Assembly (NCBI GenBank): GCA_002104905.1
Contig: MCFE01000155.1
Location: 62,001 to 126,000, forward strand
From: Basidiobolus meristosporus CBS 931.73
Lineage: Eukaryota > Fungi > Basidiobolomycota
Direction of reading: 5' to 3'
Length of the DNA stretch: 64,000 nt
Both the position numbers and the translations under genes were made by a program. Each line of letters begins with the position of its first letter. Positions within the stretch are counted from its first letter, which is position 1. Below, piece by piece: positions 37,017-49,813 of the stretch. The notes beneath the pieces were generated by a model. The model was not told the origin of the DNA, searched no databases, and saw only the letters and a list, made by a program, of their open reading frames with translations.

Positions 37017-37809
37017 TTACTCTTGCTTTTCCGTTTTCTCTGCGACGATGACAGTCGCAGGTCTTAGAACCCGGTTCTTGTACATATATCCAGGCTTGAC
37101 CACCTCTGCTATGACTCCAGATACTTTACCGGACACCTTAGACTGCGGCGCGACTTCATGGAGAACCGGGTTGAATTCAACATTCACCTCGGCATATTCC
37201 TCAACGCCATGTCGTCTCAGCGTCTTCGAAAGCTCTGTGCGAATCATGGTAACACCGGTGCAAAGGTTCGAGAGTTGGGAATCGCCTTCAGTCCTTGATT
37301 CTTCGGGAACCTTGCCGAGGGACTCGTTGAGTATGTCAGCAATAGGTAATATCTCGTTTGCAAACCGGAGGAAGGTTTTTTCGGTGGTGTCGGTGATTTC
37401 CTGACGAGCGCGGATTCGAATGTTTTCCATTTCGGCGAGACAGCGAAGATAGGCATCCTAAAGTATATCCATAGGTAAGGGAAGCGGGTTAGATCTAAGA
37501 ACCCGCACGGCAACTTAGGGGCTTGGATAAAGGCTGTTACCCTACCTTGGCTTCGTTGAACTCCTTTTCTTTGTCTACTTTCTTTTCAGTTTCACCAGGG
37601 GCTTCTTCAGGAGCTGCTTCTGGGTTTACCGGCTCCTCTTTGGCGCTCACATTCTCTGGAGCGTCTTTCTCCTGCTCACCATCTGATTTTGTTGAGTAAT
37701 AGAAAAGGTTGCGCGAGAGCGGTGAAGTGGCGTTGAGGAGCTTTCTATCTACGCTAAACAACGAACGGTTCGAGAAGGTGAGATATTTCACGCAAGCACG
37801 AAGAGACAT
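37017..37809 (-). CDS. MGE1: Mitochondrial GrpE nucleotide-exchange factor, 2 exons
   Basis: Basic presequence, then YLRCLAEMENIRIR...FNPVLHE...PGYMYKNRVLRPATVIVA GrpE motifs; intron between ~37460 and ~37545. Confidence 0.95.
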
Positions 37810-38387
37810 CAGAATAGTATGGGTGATGAGAAAGTGGGATACAAGTAAACGCCAAGAATAGACCCTTCCATGTATATATACACCGCCGGGTATCGAATAT
37901 GCTGGAATCGAGCCAATATTCTAGTCATGCAGTCATTCGTCATCTAGATCCTCGAAGTGACTTGCGTTTTATTAGGAATATTGTGGCTGGAGCGGGGCAT
38001 TTGCTGGCTGCCTCGCCAGAATTGGGAATCCGTTCGCGCTAAATTATCCAGTTGTGAGCGAGCATGTCGGGAATGCCGATCTCGAATCATACGGATTGTC
38101 ACCAGCGGGCAGAGGCTACGGGTAGACACGAAATCGTGTACCCCGTGTCAGTTAATATATGCAAATTGGAAGCAATCATAAAACCAACCAAATCAACCTC
38201 AGCTTCCAACCTGGATGGATAAATCGGGCAGAAATCAATAAACTTAAGCTCGTCCAAGAATCGAATGAAAAAATCGGACCTGTAGAAACAAAAAAAAACG
38301 TGATCATTGGTGTTGCTGCTTTTTTTTCGGCAGTTATATTGGAGTCCAGATGTTAGCGACACCACTTTTTTGCTAGTAAAACCAACC

Positions 38388-39380
38388 ATGGACCAGGACC
38401 AAAGAGAAGTCGCTAAATTATGGAGGGTGTATAGAACCGTTCACCAGATGGCTCACGACAGGGTAATTGTTCATGTTAGACTCGCCAACAAGTACGCCTC
38501 GCTGAATTCCCAGTTTCTAGGGTTACTTAGTAAGTCAAGCGGAATTGGATATGGATCTCGAGCAATTCAAAAATATGTATGCTAGAGCTGGCATGGTGGA
38601 GTGAGTATCCATTCTTTTCGCGTCAAACGTGCCATACTCGGTTTTCTTACCTGTATTCGCGAACAGTCGCAATTCTCTTACTTTCTTGGTCCAGAAGAAA
38701 GATGATCCTTCGGATCAACTGCTCGTGTTCTTCCCAGAAGAAAAGTCGGTCGGCGTTAAGCCCATCAGAAAGTAAGTTATCCCGCGTTACTTTCCTCTCC
38801 CGAGCACGAACCTTATCCAGTCGAACAATAGATACTGCGAAAGAATGGTTACTCAGGGTATACCTAAAGGCATCATTGTTTACCAAGGCACCATGACCTC
38901 CTCAGCCAACAAGGTACACGTCGCTATTCAAATGTCAACATTGGAAGATATACTAAACTTCCTGTCAGGTTATCGATCAAATGTCAGCAAAGTATAACTT
39001 GGAATCTTTCCACGAAAGCGAGTTGCTAGTCAACATCACCGAGCATCAACTAGTCCCTATTCACGTAGTACTGGCACCAGAAGAAAAGCGTACATTATTG
39101 CAAAGATAGTATCCTTTTGAGCGTGTGGCTTCTGACCATGTCATCTCAGCATACACTATTGGCCTTAACCTTAGACTAGTCGCTTGAAGGAGACCCAGCT
39201 CCCTCGCATCCAGCCGTCCGATCCTGTCGCCAGATACTATGGATTGAAGAGAGGACAGGTACATCTACTCCACCCGATAAATGCACCTAATAGATGGCTA
39301 ACACGCGCTTTCAGGTGGTTAAGATCATCCGACCCAGTGAAACAGCTGGTAGATATCTCACCTACAGACTTTGCTTATAA
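38388..39380 (+). CDS. RPB5: RNA polymerase I/II/III shared subunit Rpb5, multi-exon
   Basis: [60 protein letters not shown]|[20 protein letters not shown]; canonical introns. Confidence 0.97.
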
Positions 39381-41249
39381 CATATGATACTCCGCTTCTA
39401 CTACTGTGAACCTTTAAAATGTATAAACATTGCTATCGGCAGACTATCCCCATCTGTCCTCTAATCACGTTCCAAAACCACCTGTTTGGGTATTTGCCTA
39501 TGCTGTTGATGTAATACCACTATTAAAAGAGATTCGAAAAATAATAAACCAGAGTGGTTCACATACAGCACTTTGTGGATTCCGACCATTCAATTATAAC
39601 GAATATCGCGACCTGAATCTAGAGCTACCTCGTCCAAAGCCTAGATCGGAACTAGGATGTTTGGCTCATCAATAATCGATTTGTCATCAATGGGCTAATT
39701 CATACATGCTTGGCCTGCATCAACGACACAGCTGGATCATGGGACTTTCGGCACTGACTAAGCTTTTGAAATTATAATCATCTCTACTCCAGACACCAGC
39801 CAATGCGAGGATACCTCCATGATCACATCAACCACTCAGGTTGCTCTTTGATGTACGACACAAGTGCGCCGAGGGTGTGTGTCAAGACGCACTTGAAAAT
39901 CAACCTCTCCGTGGGCGTCAGAGCATGGAGGATATCGTGAAATTTTGCGGCAAGGCGAGGTCGTCGGTCACGAATGCCACCAAGTTTCTACTCCGATGGT
40001 GCGTCTCATTACGCCGAAGAGAAACCGCACAAATGGAACGGACTGTGTGCTACCTGGGCGATCTTGGTAATGAAATCACCAGCTGATGTCATCCGGTGCA
40101 TAGACAAGCTCAGCTGGATGATGTTGTTCGAGCTAGGTTCACACCATGGCTCCGGGTAAATGGTCGCCGAGTCGATGAATCATCATTGATCAATGTTGCT
40201 CGATTATTCGGCCCCATTTAATTGATCATTTTCCAGGGCAACTGCAATGCAACATCGTCTATCCAGGAGTTCAACATGCAGCACCAAAGGCATCGCCAGC
40301 CCTTCTAATGACGATATGGCCATTGTCCAAATCCCATGCGCCTGTAGCTCATTCCCTATTTCCATACCTCTTCTAACTGATGCTCGAGTTTGTTTCACAG
40401 CTGATAGCTACGAATAAATGGATCCTAAATCAGCACGGAGTTTTCTCAACGGGAAATTCATTCTCCATCTTATCACATAACACACCTGTTGTATGATAGG
40501 ATGCTTGTTTACCCCAATGAGCCGTTTAATATAAAATGGTTTTCCAATTGTATACGCGATTTTTTTTTGCCACCGTTCCCCACGTCGGTCGATTCCTTGA
40601 TAATGGAGAACCAGTGGGCTCCATTCGATCACCTCCCCTCATGCTGATGAGGCCGGTTACCCTAGATTGAATTCGTTTCATTCGTATAGCCCCACGTTAC
40701 TAGCGGGCTGCTAATAGTCATTACGGCATACAAGCTTTTAAGCTATGTGGGTGGTGACATTTGTGGATGGCTTCCCTTATTTGGGTTCAGAACTATAAGT
40801 TTATTCATTTGAATGAGCATTCGTTGATGATGACAAAATGAAAAATAGCGAGAAGACACCATGGCTACACAAGGGGGATTCTGAGTTATGGATACTGTGC
40901 GAATATCGGGGGGAGGTCCGCAAACATTGTATCCACTCAAACGACGGGTGCTGCGAGAAGTCCTATCAGTGTAAGGGGAGAGAAACTAGAATATGGAAAT
41001 TATAAACACAGTAAAATAGATATCTATGAAAACTGAATGTAAAGATCTTTATACAATTATTTCCAAGAGGTCGAGAATCTCGCTTTCTAAAGGATCAGAT
41101 CAGCAGGATATAACTTGATATTAGCAAGTGGTGAAGAAAAATCTACCAAATGATAATACGAACGGATTTAAACAAGAAAGCTCAAGTGTACAAAACCAGC
41201 CAGACGAGCTTCGCTTGCGGAGTGACTTGTTACTGCAAACTAGTGTGAT

Positions 41250-43097
41250 TTAAAGGTATCCCATATTATCGGAGGACATTAAATAAATTTGCGACTGGTT
41301 TGGTGGGGAGTTGTGTGTTGAACTGGTAGCTTGAGCTTGAAGAGGCGAGTCTTGCTCTTCAGGTTTGGTCTTTTTTACACTCCTCTTGGCTGATGTTGAC
41401 TGCCCACTGTCGTATCTTTGACGCTTCTTGATCACATCCGTCTTCATCGAGAGTGGTCTCATCTCATGGTGCAGCTTAAGGCTTAATTACAGATGAATAT
41501 CGATTTAAGACGGGATGATTCCTGGCGTTGTACTTACTATAAGCCACAGGCATTGCATAGAGTATTTCCTTTGTCATCCCTTCTCCACAATGGTGTAGTG
41601 GTAGTGCTGCAGTTTGAGCAGATTGGTTGCGACTGAGGATCTTCATTCCTTGCGTCCTTGCGCACAATATGGGGCTTCATGGTTTTTGGACGCGCTACGT
41701 GATGCAATTTGAGACTAGCGCGATTGTTTCGGTTAGATTTGATGATCTGCAACACTTGACGTGTAAGTAACTTACTAGAGCCCACAAGCATTGCATAGAA
41801 GCTCGTCGTTGGCCGACCGTCTCCATAGTGGAGTAGAAGTGGCACCACAATTCTTGCATTGTGCTTTTCCATCTACCTTGTCGTCTTCGGACACCATAGC
41901 GCTAGGCCCAGGATTGGCTCTGTATGCGTCCGAGTTGGGGCTTTCTGAGGGTACATTCATACCATTGTACGAGGAAAGCTGGGAGTTAACAGCTGCTGAG
42001 GCCAAATGCGAGCTGCCAAAGCTCCCCATGTAGGCGTTTGTAGTGGTCATTGGTGTCTGGGTAGGATTGGCTGAGGGATTTTGCATAGGATTGAACGCTT
42101 GTCGGTTCATAGACACCATCGGAGATAGTGAGGATTGTGAAAAGCTTGGAGTAGAGATATTTGGAACGTTTAAAGCGTTGTTTCCATTGTATGAAAGAGC
42201 GCCTCTTTGCTGGTTCATACTTTGCTCATACCATTGATTATTGTACAGGTAATATGACATTGGGTCGTTGGCCGGAGTAGATATAGGAGAGATGGCAGGA
42301 GTGCTGAAAGTAGAGTTGCCACCATAAGGCTCCCATTCTTGCGGACCAGCAATGTCCTCGAATGGGATCTCCAAGGATGGAGGCTCGTCAAAAGCTCCCA
42401 AGAAGGCAGATGCCGCGTAAGTCCCAAATATATCCTCGAGGCCAATAACCTGAGCAGATTGAGCGCTGTTTTGTGGTTGTGAGAATTGATCTTGAGCGCT
42501 ATGTTGAGCTAATTGATTAAAATTGCCAGCCGTATTAGGAGGAAAATTAGCGACAGAACCTGATATACTTTCTGAAGCAGTTTGACTAACAGGGCTTGTT
42601 TGAGCAGGAGTTACCTCCGAGGAAGCTAATGAAGTCGCGGATTGGGGTGCGGGCATAGAAGACGAAGTGCTTTCTACCGCTTTATTTTTAACAGTGAGCG
42701 AAGGTGCACGTGTATTGGGAAGCGATATAGATTCTTGCTGGTCATTTACAACGGAGGGTTTATGAGGGATTTCCTGAGGCTCACTTTCAAATGATTTTAT
42801 AGGAGGGACCCTCGGGGACGCGACAGGGCTTTCAATACCTTTGTCACTCTCAAGCTTCTTCGTGGTAGCGGTCGCATACTTCTTGAATTGGCTTTTGGTA
42901 TTTTTTTGCCCGTGTACCATACTTTTGTGTAAGTGCCATAGTCTCCAGGACAGATTCTCAAGTCGGTTGCCGTTTTCTAAGGAATCTTTGACTTTGGTAC
43001 AAACGCGCCATGTTTTAGACAACTCTTCTTCAGTGTTGAGGTTGGAGAAGGAAGTGAACGCTTTGTTTCCTTTGATTTTTAAAATTATAGGGGCCAT
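41250..43097 (-). CDS. GATA transcription factor with N-terminal DUF1752 (RLENLSWR) and two GATA fingers (AreA/Gat1/Gaf1-like), 3 exons
   Basis: [13 protein letters not shown]; [14 protein letters not shown]...CNACGL and [14 protein letters not shown]...CNACGL, each continued after a GTAAGT intron by YLKLHH..RP..MK. Confidence 0.93.
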
Positions 43098-44978
43098 TTT
43101 CCGTCGCAGTGTATGCCAATATACTTAGTACTTCTTGGTACACGAAGAAAATGACTAGTCGAAGATAGTGAGGTTCTTCGTTCGCTTATACAGCTGGGCC
43201 AGGAAATATATTGAAACTGAACCAATACAATCCAAAGCTGATTATTCTCTGGGATAACTACGAGGAGTATGCAGCAAGAGAGAGGAGATTAAGTAGAGAG
43301 TAGAATCAAGGACAAAACGATGGAAAGTGTAAGAGAGGAATAAATGGCAAAAATAAATGAGGGACCATCTCGAATAGAACCCAGTTCAAATAAAACTAGG
43401 CTTTGTCCAATCATGTGTAAATTTAAGATGAACCGCATTTCTACTTGATTGGCAGAGAGCAGCCAAGAACGATTTCAGCTTATGGGGTTTTCTTTTGTGT
43501 GACACACTCAGTCGGGAATCAGTCTAAGTGTTTCCAATTTTAATATTCAGATCTTACAAAAATTCTGATTTCTAGAAAACAAATCCTCGTATCTGAGGTT
43601 GATGGATCGTACCTTGATCTTGGAAATATTCTTTGCACGACCAGGAGAAATAGAATCCGCGGAATAGACCGCGATTAATCGATCACCAAACTAGGATGGT
43701 CCTTGCTCAATCATTGCTCTCGGTTAAATTTTGATCAATCAGCTGGCCCGCAGTATAGAAAAAACGTGCTTGAATGGTCGCTTCTGACGAGAATTTCCAA
43801 GTTGGTGGTAAGTAAATTACTAAATGATGAAGTCCAAAGGCTGTCCAGTTTATTGGCCTGGTTGGTGATCTCAAACCCATAAATGCAGAGGATTGGCAAT
43901 AGCAGCGCAGCTCCATGAAGCCCGTTGACAAATAGAGTCTCCTCCATATAACCGGTTCCATGAGTAACCTAGATTGATCACTATTAGGAGATGGCGGAGG
44001 AGTATGATGTCTTAAGAACACACGATTCCTTTTAAGCACTAGTCGTAAAACCTGGCTAACAACATAGTATCGTCCGGTACTGCTGCAGGCCCCCAACCAG
44101 TTCACTCTCGCAAGGGAGAAGGGGGCCATTATAGACATTTATATTGGGCACTAGCAGGCTAACTTGGCCGTTTCCTGGCTGTTGGACCCAAGCCAAAGCA
44201 TAGCGTAGAAACACCAACACTTGTTAGGTACAAATTTTCCAATACCTCTGTATTGCTAGAAAACTAATTTGATTCTATTGCCAGGAGATGGGTTGTTCGT
44301 TTTCTAGCTTCACGAGTTGAATCCCCACTATAGAAAATTACCAAAGTCTAGGGTTGTGAGACAAATGTAGTAATTTCCTAATTCAAGAATGCTGGCTTCA
44401 TTAGCCCATATACAAGCGCAAACAAATGATATCGAATCTAATTCTCAGATTCACCGAGCAAACCGAATACTGCGGAACTTGTGTGGATCACTAAGAAGCT
44501 CGATTAACTCAACTGCTATCGTCTTGCTGATGCCCATCTAAGCCCATTCATTGGCTAGCTGCTAGCAACTACAGCAAAGGCTCGTGATCATCAACGGTTC
44601 ACAGCGAGAGCGAGATTGTTGTACAGAGCAATGTCCACTTACTAACAATAATCACGCGAATTGCCATATTGCTTCAGTTGATCACGAGGTAATCTGGATA
44701 TCTTTTATCCTTCATGAAAAGTAGTTTTAATTACGATGTGTAGTCAAACTCCAAAGTAATACTTGATAAATATTATCAAGTGTTGGTCAAGGGTGGGGGA
44801 CAGAAGTATTTGCTACGTACACGAAATCAAAGATAAACTGGGTGACATTTGACCAACAAGTTTGATACGCCGAAGAGTATTTGGAATCAGAAGCTTCAAA
44901 AAGGTTTCAAAGCCCTAACGTAGTTACTATGATAATTACAAAAGCTTGCTAACCACAGGAATATGCAGATGCACCCGA

Positions 44979-45377
44979 TTATTGCTTCATCTTCTTCTCC
45001 TTCTCTCTGTCGGAAGTAGGATCCACATAGCCCTTCATAATAGTAAGTTTACCAACAGCGCCGGCGCGAGTAGCCATGATAGTTTCGATGTTCTTGTTGA
45101 TATTCGACGTCAATTTCTGTCAAGATTGATTAAGGTTACCGCAATTCTAGTCAAACGTAGGGTAATATCTTGTGATCTGCCATATTATGTACCTTCTGAA
45201 CGTTCTTTTGTTTGACCAAAGTCTGCTTTTTGGGAGGAATAACGATACCTATACATAATGTAGGTCAGCAAATGGCATGTTGTTTTGAATGAGAATATGA
45301 GCGGTACCCCTCTTTGGCTTGGTGGTCTTCTTAGTGTTTTTTGCGCCACTTTTCTTTCCTATGGGTTTTTGGGCCAT
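44979..45377 (-). CDS. Small basic UPF0390/DUF2462 (C19orf53-like) protein, 3 exons; absent from the ORF track
   Basis: Splicing introns 45249-45307 and 45117-45192 gives MAQKPIGKKSGAKNTKKTTKPKRGIVIPPKKQTLVKQKNVQKKLTSNINKNIETIMATRAGAVGKLTIMKG...KQ*, matching the MAQ...G..I.PKK...KKL...I...IE...A..A...GKL pattern. Confidence 0.85.
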
Positions 45378-46072
45378 TTTGTCGTATAGAGGGTTGAGAG
45401 AAGAGTGATTTCTCTACATACTGGTTCTTTCAATAAAGACTGAAAAAAAAAAGATTTTCTGGAAATTGATATTTTTTTATGTATATTTTTCAAGATGGTT
45501 CGTAATTACATCCGTGGATAATTATTTTTTATTTTCCACGAATAATATGTGCAATTTATAATGTACTAATGACTTGGTCTGCTTGCAAAAATGTAATCGT
45601 AACGGTGACAAGGTTGCATATCGCGTGTGTTAAGCGCACTTCAGAGCATTCGTTAAATAGTTAGCACCATAAGAAAGCATGGGCACATTCGCTGATGGAT
45701 ATTAGATCGCCTCAAGAATTGTACCATTATTCATATACTATGGTGGTCAATCGTCGTATATGGTATTGTGAACTAGAACCAAGTTTTTAATGGAAGTTGT
45801 GCGGAGAATGGTCAAGCTAACTTTGCGAACAGTGATGACTTTTTATGGAAATGCAGGTAAATAGGCTCATACCAATTTGTACCTTAGAATGAACATAAAT
45901 AAGGGTGTGTATTCTTTCTTTTTAAGAAATCCAGATTACACAGTACATAGTGACTAGTGTGGAAATTTTCAAAAACTAAAGGGGTGGAATTCAAGCTGGT
46001 CTCGAATACCAGTAGGATGGCCTGGAATTCATGCTAGAAAGCGGATTGGGAGGGCGGAAAGAGTGTCGAAGA

Positions 46073-47464
46073 TCAAGCCCATACTTCGCGAACAAAGCGT
46101 GCTAGATCTACAGGCGTTTCAGTGTACCGAAGAACAAATGGATCATCAAGTAATTGTCTCGGTGTTGGGCGCTGTGTCGAGTCTTTAATCAGGCTATGGA
46201 TCGAAAACTGATGTTAGGCTGGTTGAGAGGGGCGAACATGAGTCTTTCAGTATACCATTTAGCAATGAAGTTGGATATCTCTGGACTCCAACCATCTTCA
46301 ACTCGTAATTCCGGCACGGGTGAGCGGACAATATAGTCAAGCAGTTCGAATATAGCTAGAGGGGGATGGCCAGGCGGAGGGAATGGGAAGCGCGAATTGG
46401 CAATCTCGATGATCGTCAGCCCAAGAGACCAGATGTCTGATTGGACCGCATACCGAGCTCCTTGTATTCTCTCCGGCTAGAATGAAGATCGTTTAATATA
46501 GGGTCAGTCGGTGTTAAAGAAGACGAGCTTACTGCCATATAATAGCTAGTTCCAACAAAAGTGGCGGCAATAGAATCAACCAATTCTCCACTGACGCCAA
46601 AATCAATAAGTTTGATATTTCCATCGCTGGTTAGTAGAATGTTGGAGGGCTTGACATCTTCACGTTTAGTTAGGAATCATGAACGCATCATAGGTTTAAT
46701 AAAAACACTTACCTCGATGTATAATATGTCGACTGTGAAGGTAAACTAAGCCATTCAGAACCTTGTAAAAATCGAATATTACTAATGTTACAAATTTGGG
46801 TGTCAAGCACGAATAATAATATTTACCGCCACAGCTATTTTCCCAAGTACTCCCTCGCCAATACGACCACCTTTTTCGGCTGCTTTTCTGCAGATGGCGT
46901 CGAAGCTTCCACCATGACAGTATTCCATACAAATAGAAATAGAGGTATCTTCCTCATCCAAATAGGCACCATAGAAGGATACAATATACGGGGATTTACA
47001 AGTGCGAAGGAAAGAGAGCTCTCGAATAATTTGTCGTTGCATGTTTGGATCAGGGTCAGCTGGTACGGTCTGAAGAGGGGTGAAACGCCGTTAAAGCTAG
47101 GCTCCGCATTGGAAGGCAAAGTATTTATCGTAGGCCAAATTACCTTTCTTGCCATAATCATCTTGGTAGGTTCATGCTGCACTTGGAATACTGAGCCACC
47201 AGCGCCTTCGCCAAGTTTTTTAATTTCAGTTATGTTGCTTGGGTTTAAATCTAAAAACTCATTCGATTCGCTGTTCTCTCCATTTGAATGCAAATTACTC
47301 ATTTCAACCGCACTCTTCAATGCTACAGTATTTGTAGCAAACAGGGATGCGCTTGGAGATCTTTGTTCCTCAATGGTATCACTGACAGGAGAAATCTTCA
47401 GCCCTGTTGGGTTTCGATTCTTTTTCCTGAACATGGTAGCATTTGAACGATTCAATGAAGCCAT
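46073..47464 (-). CDS. MKK1: MAP kinase kinase, Mkk1/Pek1 (cell-wall-integrity) type, multi-exon
   Basis: [70 protein letters not shown]; C-terminal FVREVW*. Confidence 0.88.
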
Positions 47465-48244
47465 GCTGAAAGACTAAGAAGACACAATAGAGCCTTCTGT
47501 CTACTTAAAGCTACCTCTAAGAAGAGCAATGAAATTTTAATGATGAGACTTTCCCATTGTAATCGATCGGTTGGCAACTGATATTTAGAATCGATTATTC
47601 ACATACATTTACCCCATTTCATTGTACCTTAATGTACATTATAGTAGAGCCGACTGGCCCCGAAATTATCTAGGGTGCTCAAACATTGTAATTTTGGACA
47701 ACCCGTCTATTACTGCTAAATTGCCTTGCTTCAGTTTTAGCGTGATACAGGTTTAACAGGTTCTCATTTCTTTCTAGCACGCAATGTCAGAGCTTGTGCG
47801 CACACTGGGCAGCTAGTCGATCGTGATTCAGCAGTATACTTTACTAACGAATTACACCCTTCGGTGTTTCTGGCAGGAACAGAACGAAAAGATAAACGAT
47901 AATCAGAGCAAGCTCTTCGTTTGACTAATGGCTGGTTCGTACAGAAGTATGAAGCAACGGGACAAACGAAACAAAAACATGTACAGGATATCGGATGCTT
48001 AAAAATCAGAGAAGATTTACTGAGCAATTAGGTTAAATTCCACTCCATGTGTATTCAACCCGAAATATCGAAAGGCCGTACAGGTTGGTATTTGCATAGG
48101 TATTGAAGGTATCGGTTGGTCCCTCTAGTCTCCCTTGAAATGTTGGATACTATGCTTTGGACGGGTATTCTGTTGACCATAACTTATTTCAAGCAATGTG
48201 CTGCAATAAGAATTTCTCCGTAACAACGGTATAGATGACTGAAT

Positions 48245-49813
48245 TTACATGGACTTTTGTCTTATATGCGCAGCATGTCCGACACCTAGTCTGATGGATG
48301 CAGGGCGGTTCGTAACCGGTGAAGTATTCTGTATTTGCTTCAAGGCTTGTCGTTCATGAGTGCGCATATGTTGTCCCAGGTTGTCTCTTCGGGAGAATGT
48401 TTTTTGACATCCGATATATGTACAGGCAAAAGGTCTTTCAAGAGTATGAACTCTCATGTGACGCTTCAGGTGTTCCAAGCGTTTGAAGCGCATATTGCAC
48501 CCAGAAACGGTGCAGACGTGATTCTTCGTTGAGGAGGTCCTTGGCGCCGTCGTAGTGGTAGGAATATATTGTGACGGAGATTCCTCAATGGTGGCAAGTG
48601 GGGTGCCAACTACCGAGTGAACATGGGTGAGTAGAAATGGAAGCGACTGCTCCGTGGGGTGAGGATGGGGGTACGAATGAGGGGGCAGATGAGGTAGAGA
48701 GTGAGCATTGGAGAATATATGAATATGTGATTGAGGGTAAAGGTGGCGTAATACATTTGATGGAAGTGCGTGTGGGTTCTGATAAGTTGGTGAAAAGTGA
48801 GAGGGCATTCCATGATTGTTGGGCACAGAGGTCATGACTGCAATACTATGTCTTCTCTCGGTTCGACCACAGTTTTGGATTTTGGTCGGCTGTTCCTCAC
48901 ATGATTCTTGTATGGAGGCTACTGTATGCTCAGAGTAGCGACGTTTGTGTCGATACGAGTTTGACGAAGATGCCTCCTCTTCGTTTAGTAATTGATGGAT
49001 ATTACTGATTTTGGAAGGAGATAGAATCGAACTTTCCACTTCAGCGGGCGATGGTACGCTCAGATGTTTGAGTTGCAGTTTTGGGTTGATTGTGCTAGTT
49101 CTAATAGTTTCTCCAACCGCCAAACTCCGTCTTCGATCAAGGAGTCTAGTACAATTCTGGTCGTTCTCTCTTTCGGCTGAGGATTGGGGAGGGGTTTCTA
49201 ATACGCTTCTGCGTCGTTGATGCGTGCGAAAGTGGGCGGAATAGTTGTCGCTTCTACTGAAGCTTTTCCCGCAATTCGGAAACTCACACACAAAGGGACG
49301 TTCTTTTGTGTGGACAAGGTGGTGCCTTTTCAGATGTTCGTAGCGTTTGAAGCTCCATCCACACCCGTTATATGGACAGATGTATGCATGTTTCATATGA
49401 CTGGATTCTTCTTTTTGTCGAAGCTCCGTCCCTAGAGTCCCTGAAGTACTGGCTGGGGTTCGAAGGGGCCGATCCTCCTCGGAATCACTAGTAGCCTTTG
49501 ATGAATGACTGAATTCGCTATGTGAAGGGCTCCATGAAATATGGTTGCCACTCAATAGCTGTTCATCCGAATGATCAGTGGAAGGGAGGAGCGATAGCGA
49601 ATGGGTTGGTGTATGTTTCTTAGCAGGCGCCACTGTGTCTTTGTGCGGAAAAGCCGTATCGACTTCGGGATTGAGTTGATGAATTGAGGGAAGGGTGCAG
49701 TCGGAAGGCTCCTCAACAGGCGGTGTGCCGGTGCCTAGCAGCGGATCCTTGGCCAATTTTTCTGTGGTCGAGGAGTAATTGCTGCCCGGCGAACGGAGTG
49801 GGGAAGTCATCAA
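48245..49813 (-). CDS. C2H2 zinc-finger transcription factor with two separate finger pairs (Ste12/Msn2-like fingers), 522 aa, intronless
   Basis: CPYNGC...[10 protein letters not shown]...HTKERPFVC...[10 protein letters not shown] and CTVSGC...[10 protein letters not shown]...HTLERPFAC...[10 protein letters not shown]. Confidence 0.92.
   Translation of the reverse strand: MMTSPLRSPGSNYSSTTEKLAKDPLLGTGTPPVEEPSDCTLPSIHQLNPEVDTAFPHKDTVAPAKKHTPTHSLSLLPSTDHSDEQLLSGNHISWSPSHSEFSHSSKATSDSEEDRPLRTPASTSGTLGTELRQKEESSHMKHAYICPYNGCGWSFKRYEHLKRHHLVHTKERPFVCEFPNCGKSFSRSDNYSAHFRTHQRRRSVLETPPQSSAERENDQNCTRLLDRRRSLAVGETIRTSTINPKLQLKHLSVPSPAEVESSILSPSKISNIHQLLNEEEASSSNSYRHKRRYSEHTVASIQESCEEQPTKIQNCGRTERRHSIAVMTSVPNNHGMPSHFSPTYQNPHALPSNVLRHLYPQSHIHIFSNAHSLPHLPPHSYPHPHPTEQSLPFLLTHVHSVVGTPLATIEESPSQYIPTTTTAPRTSSTKNHVCTVSGCNMRFKRLEHLKRHMRVHTLERPFACTYIGCQKTFSRRDNLGQHMRTHERQALKQIQNTSPVTNRPASIRLGVGHAAHIRQKSM

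Noticed and set aside
37944-38129. Ribosomal protein S29-like peptide (FWRGSQQ...SSH)
   Set aside because: Lacks the zinc-binding cysteines and the rest of the motif; coincidental, and lies in the bidirectional promoter.
43707-44138. 143-aa minus-strand ORF upstream of the GATA gene
   Set aside because: No homology or targeting signal evident; more likely upstream regulatory DNA.
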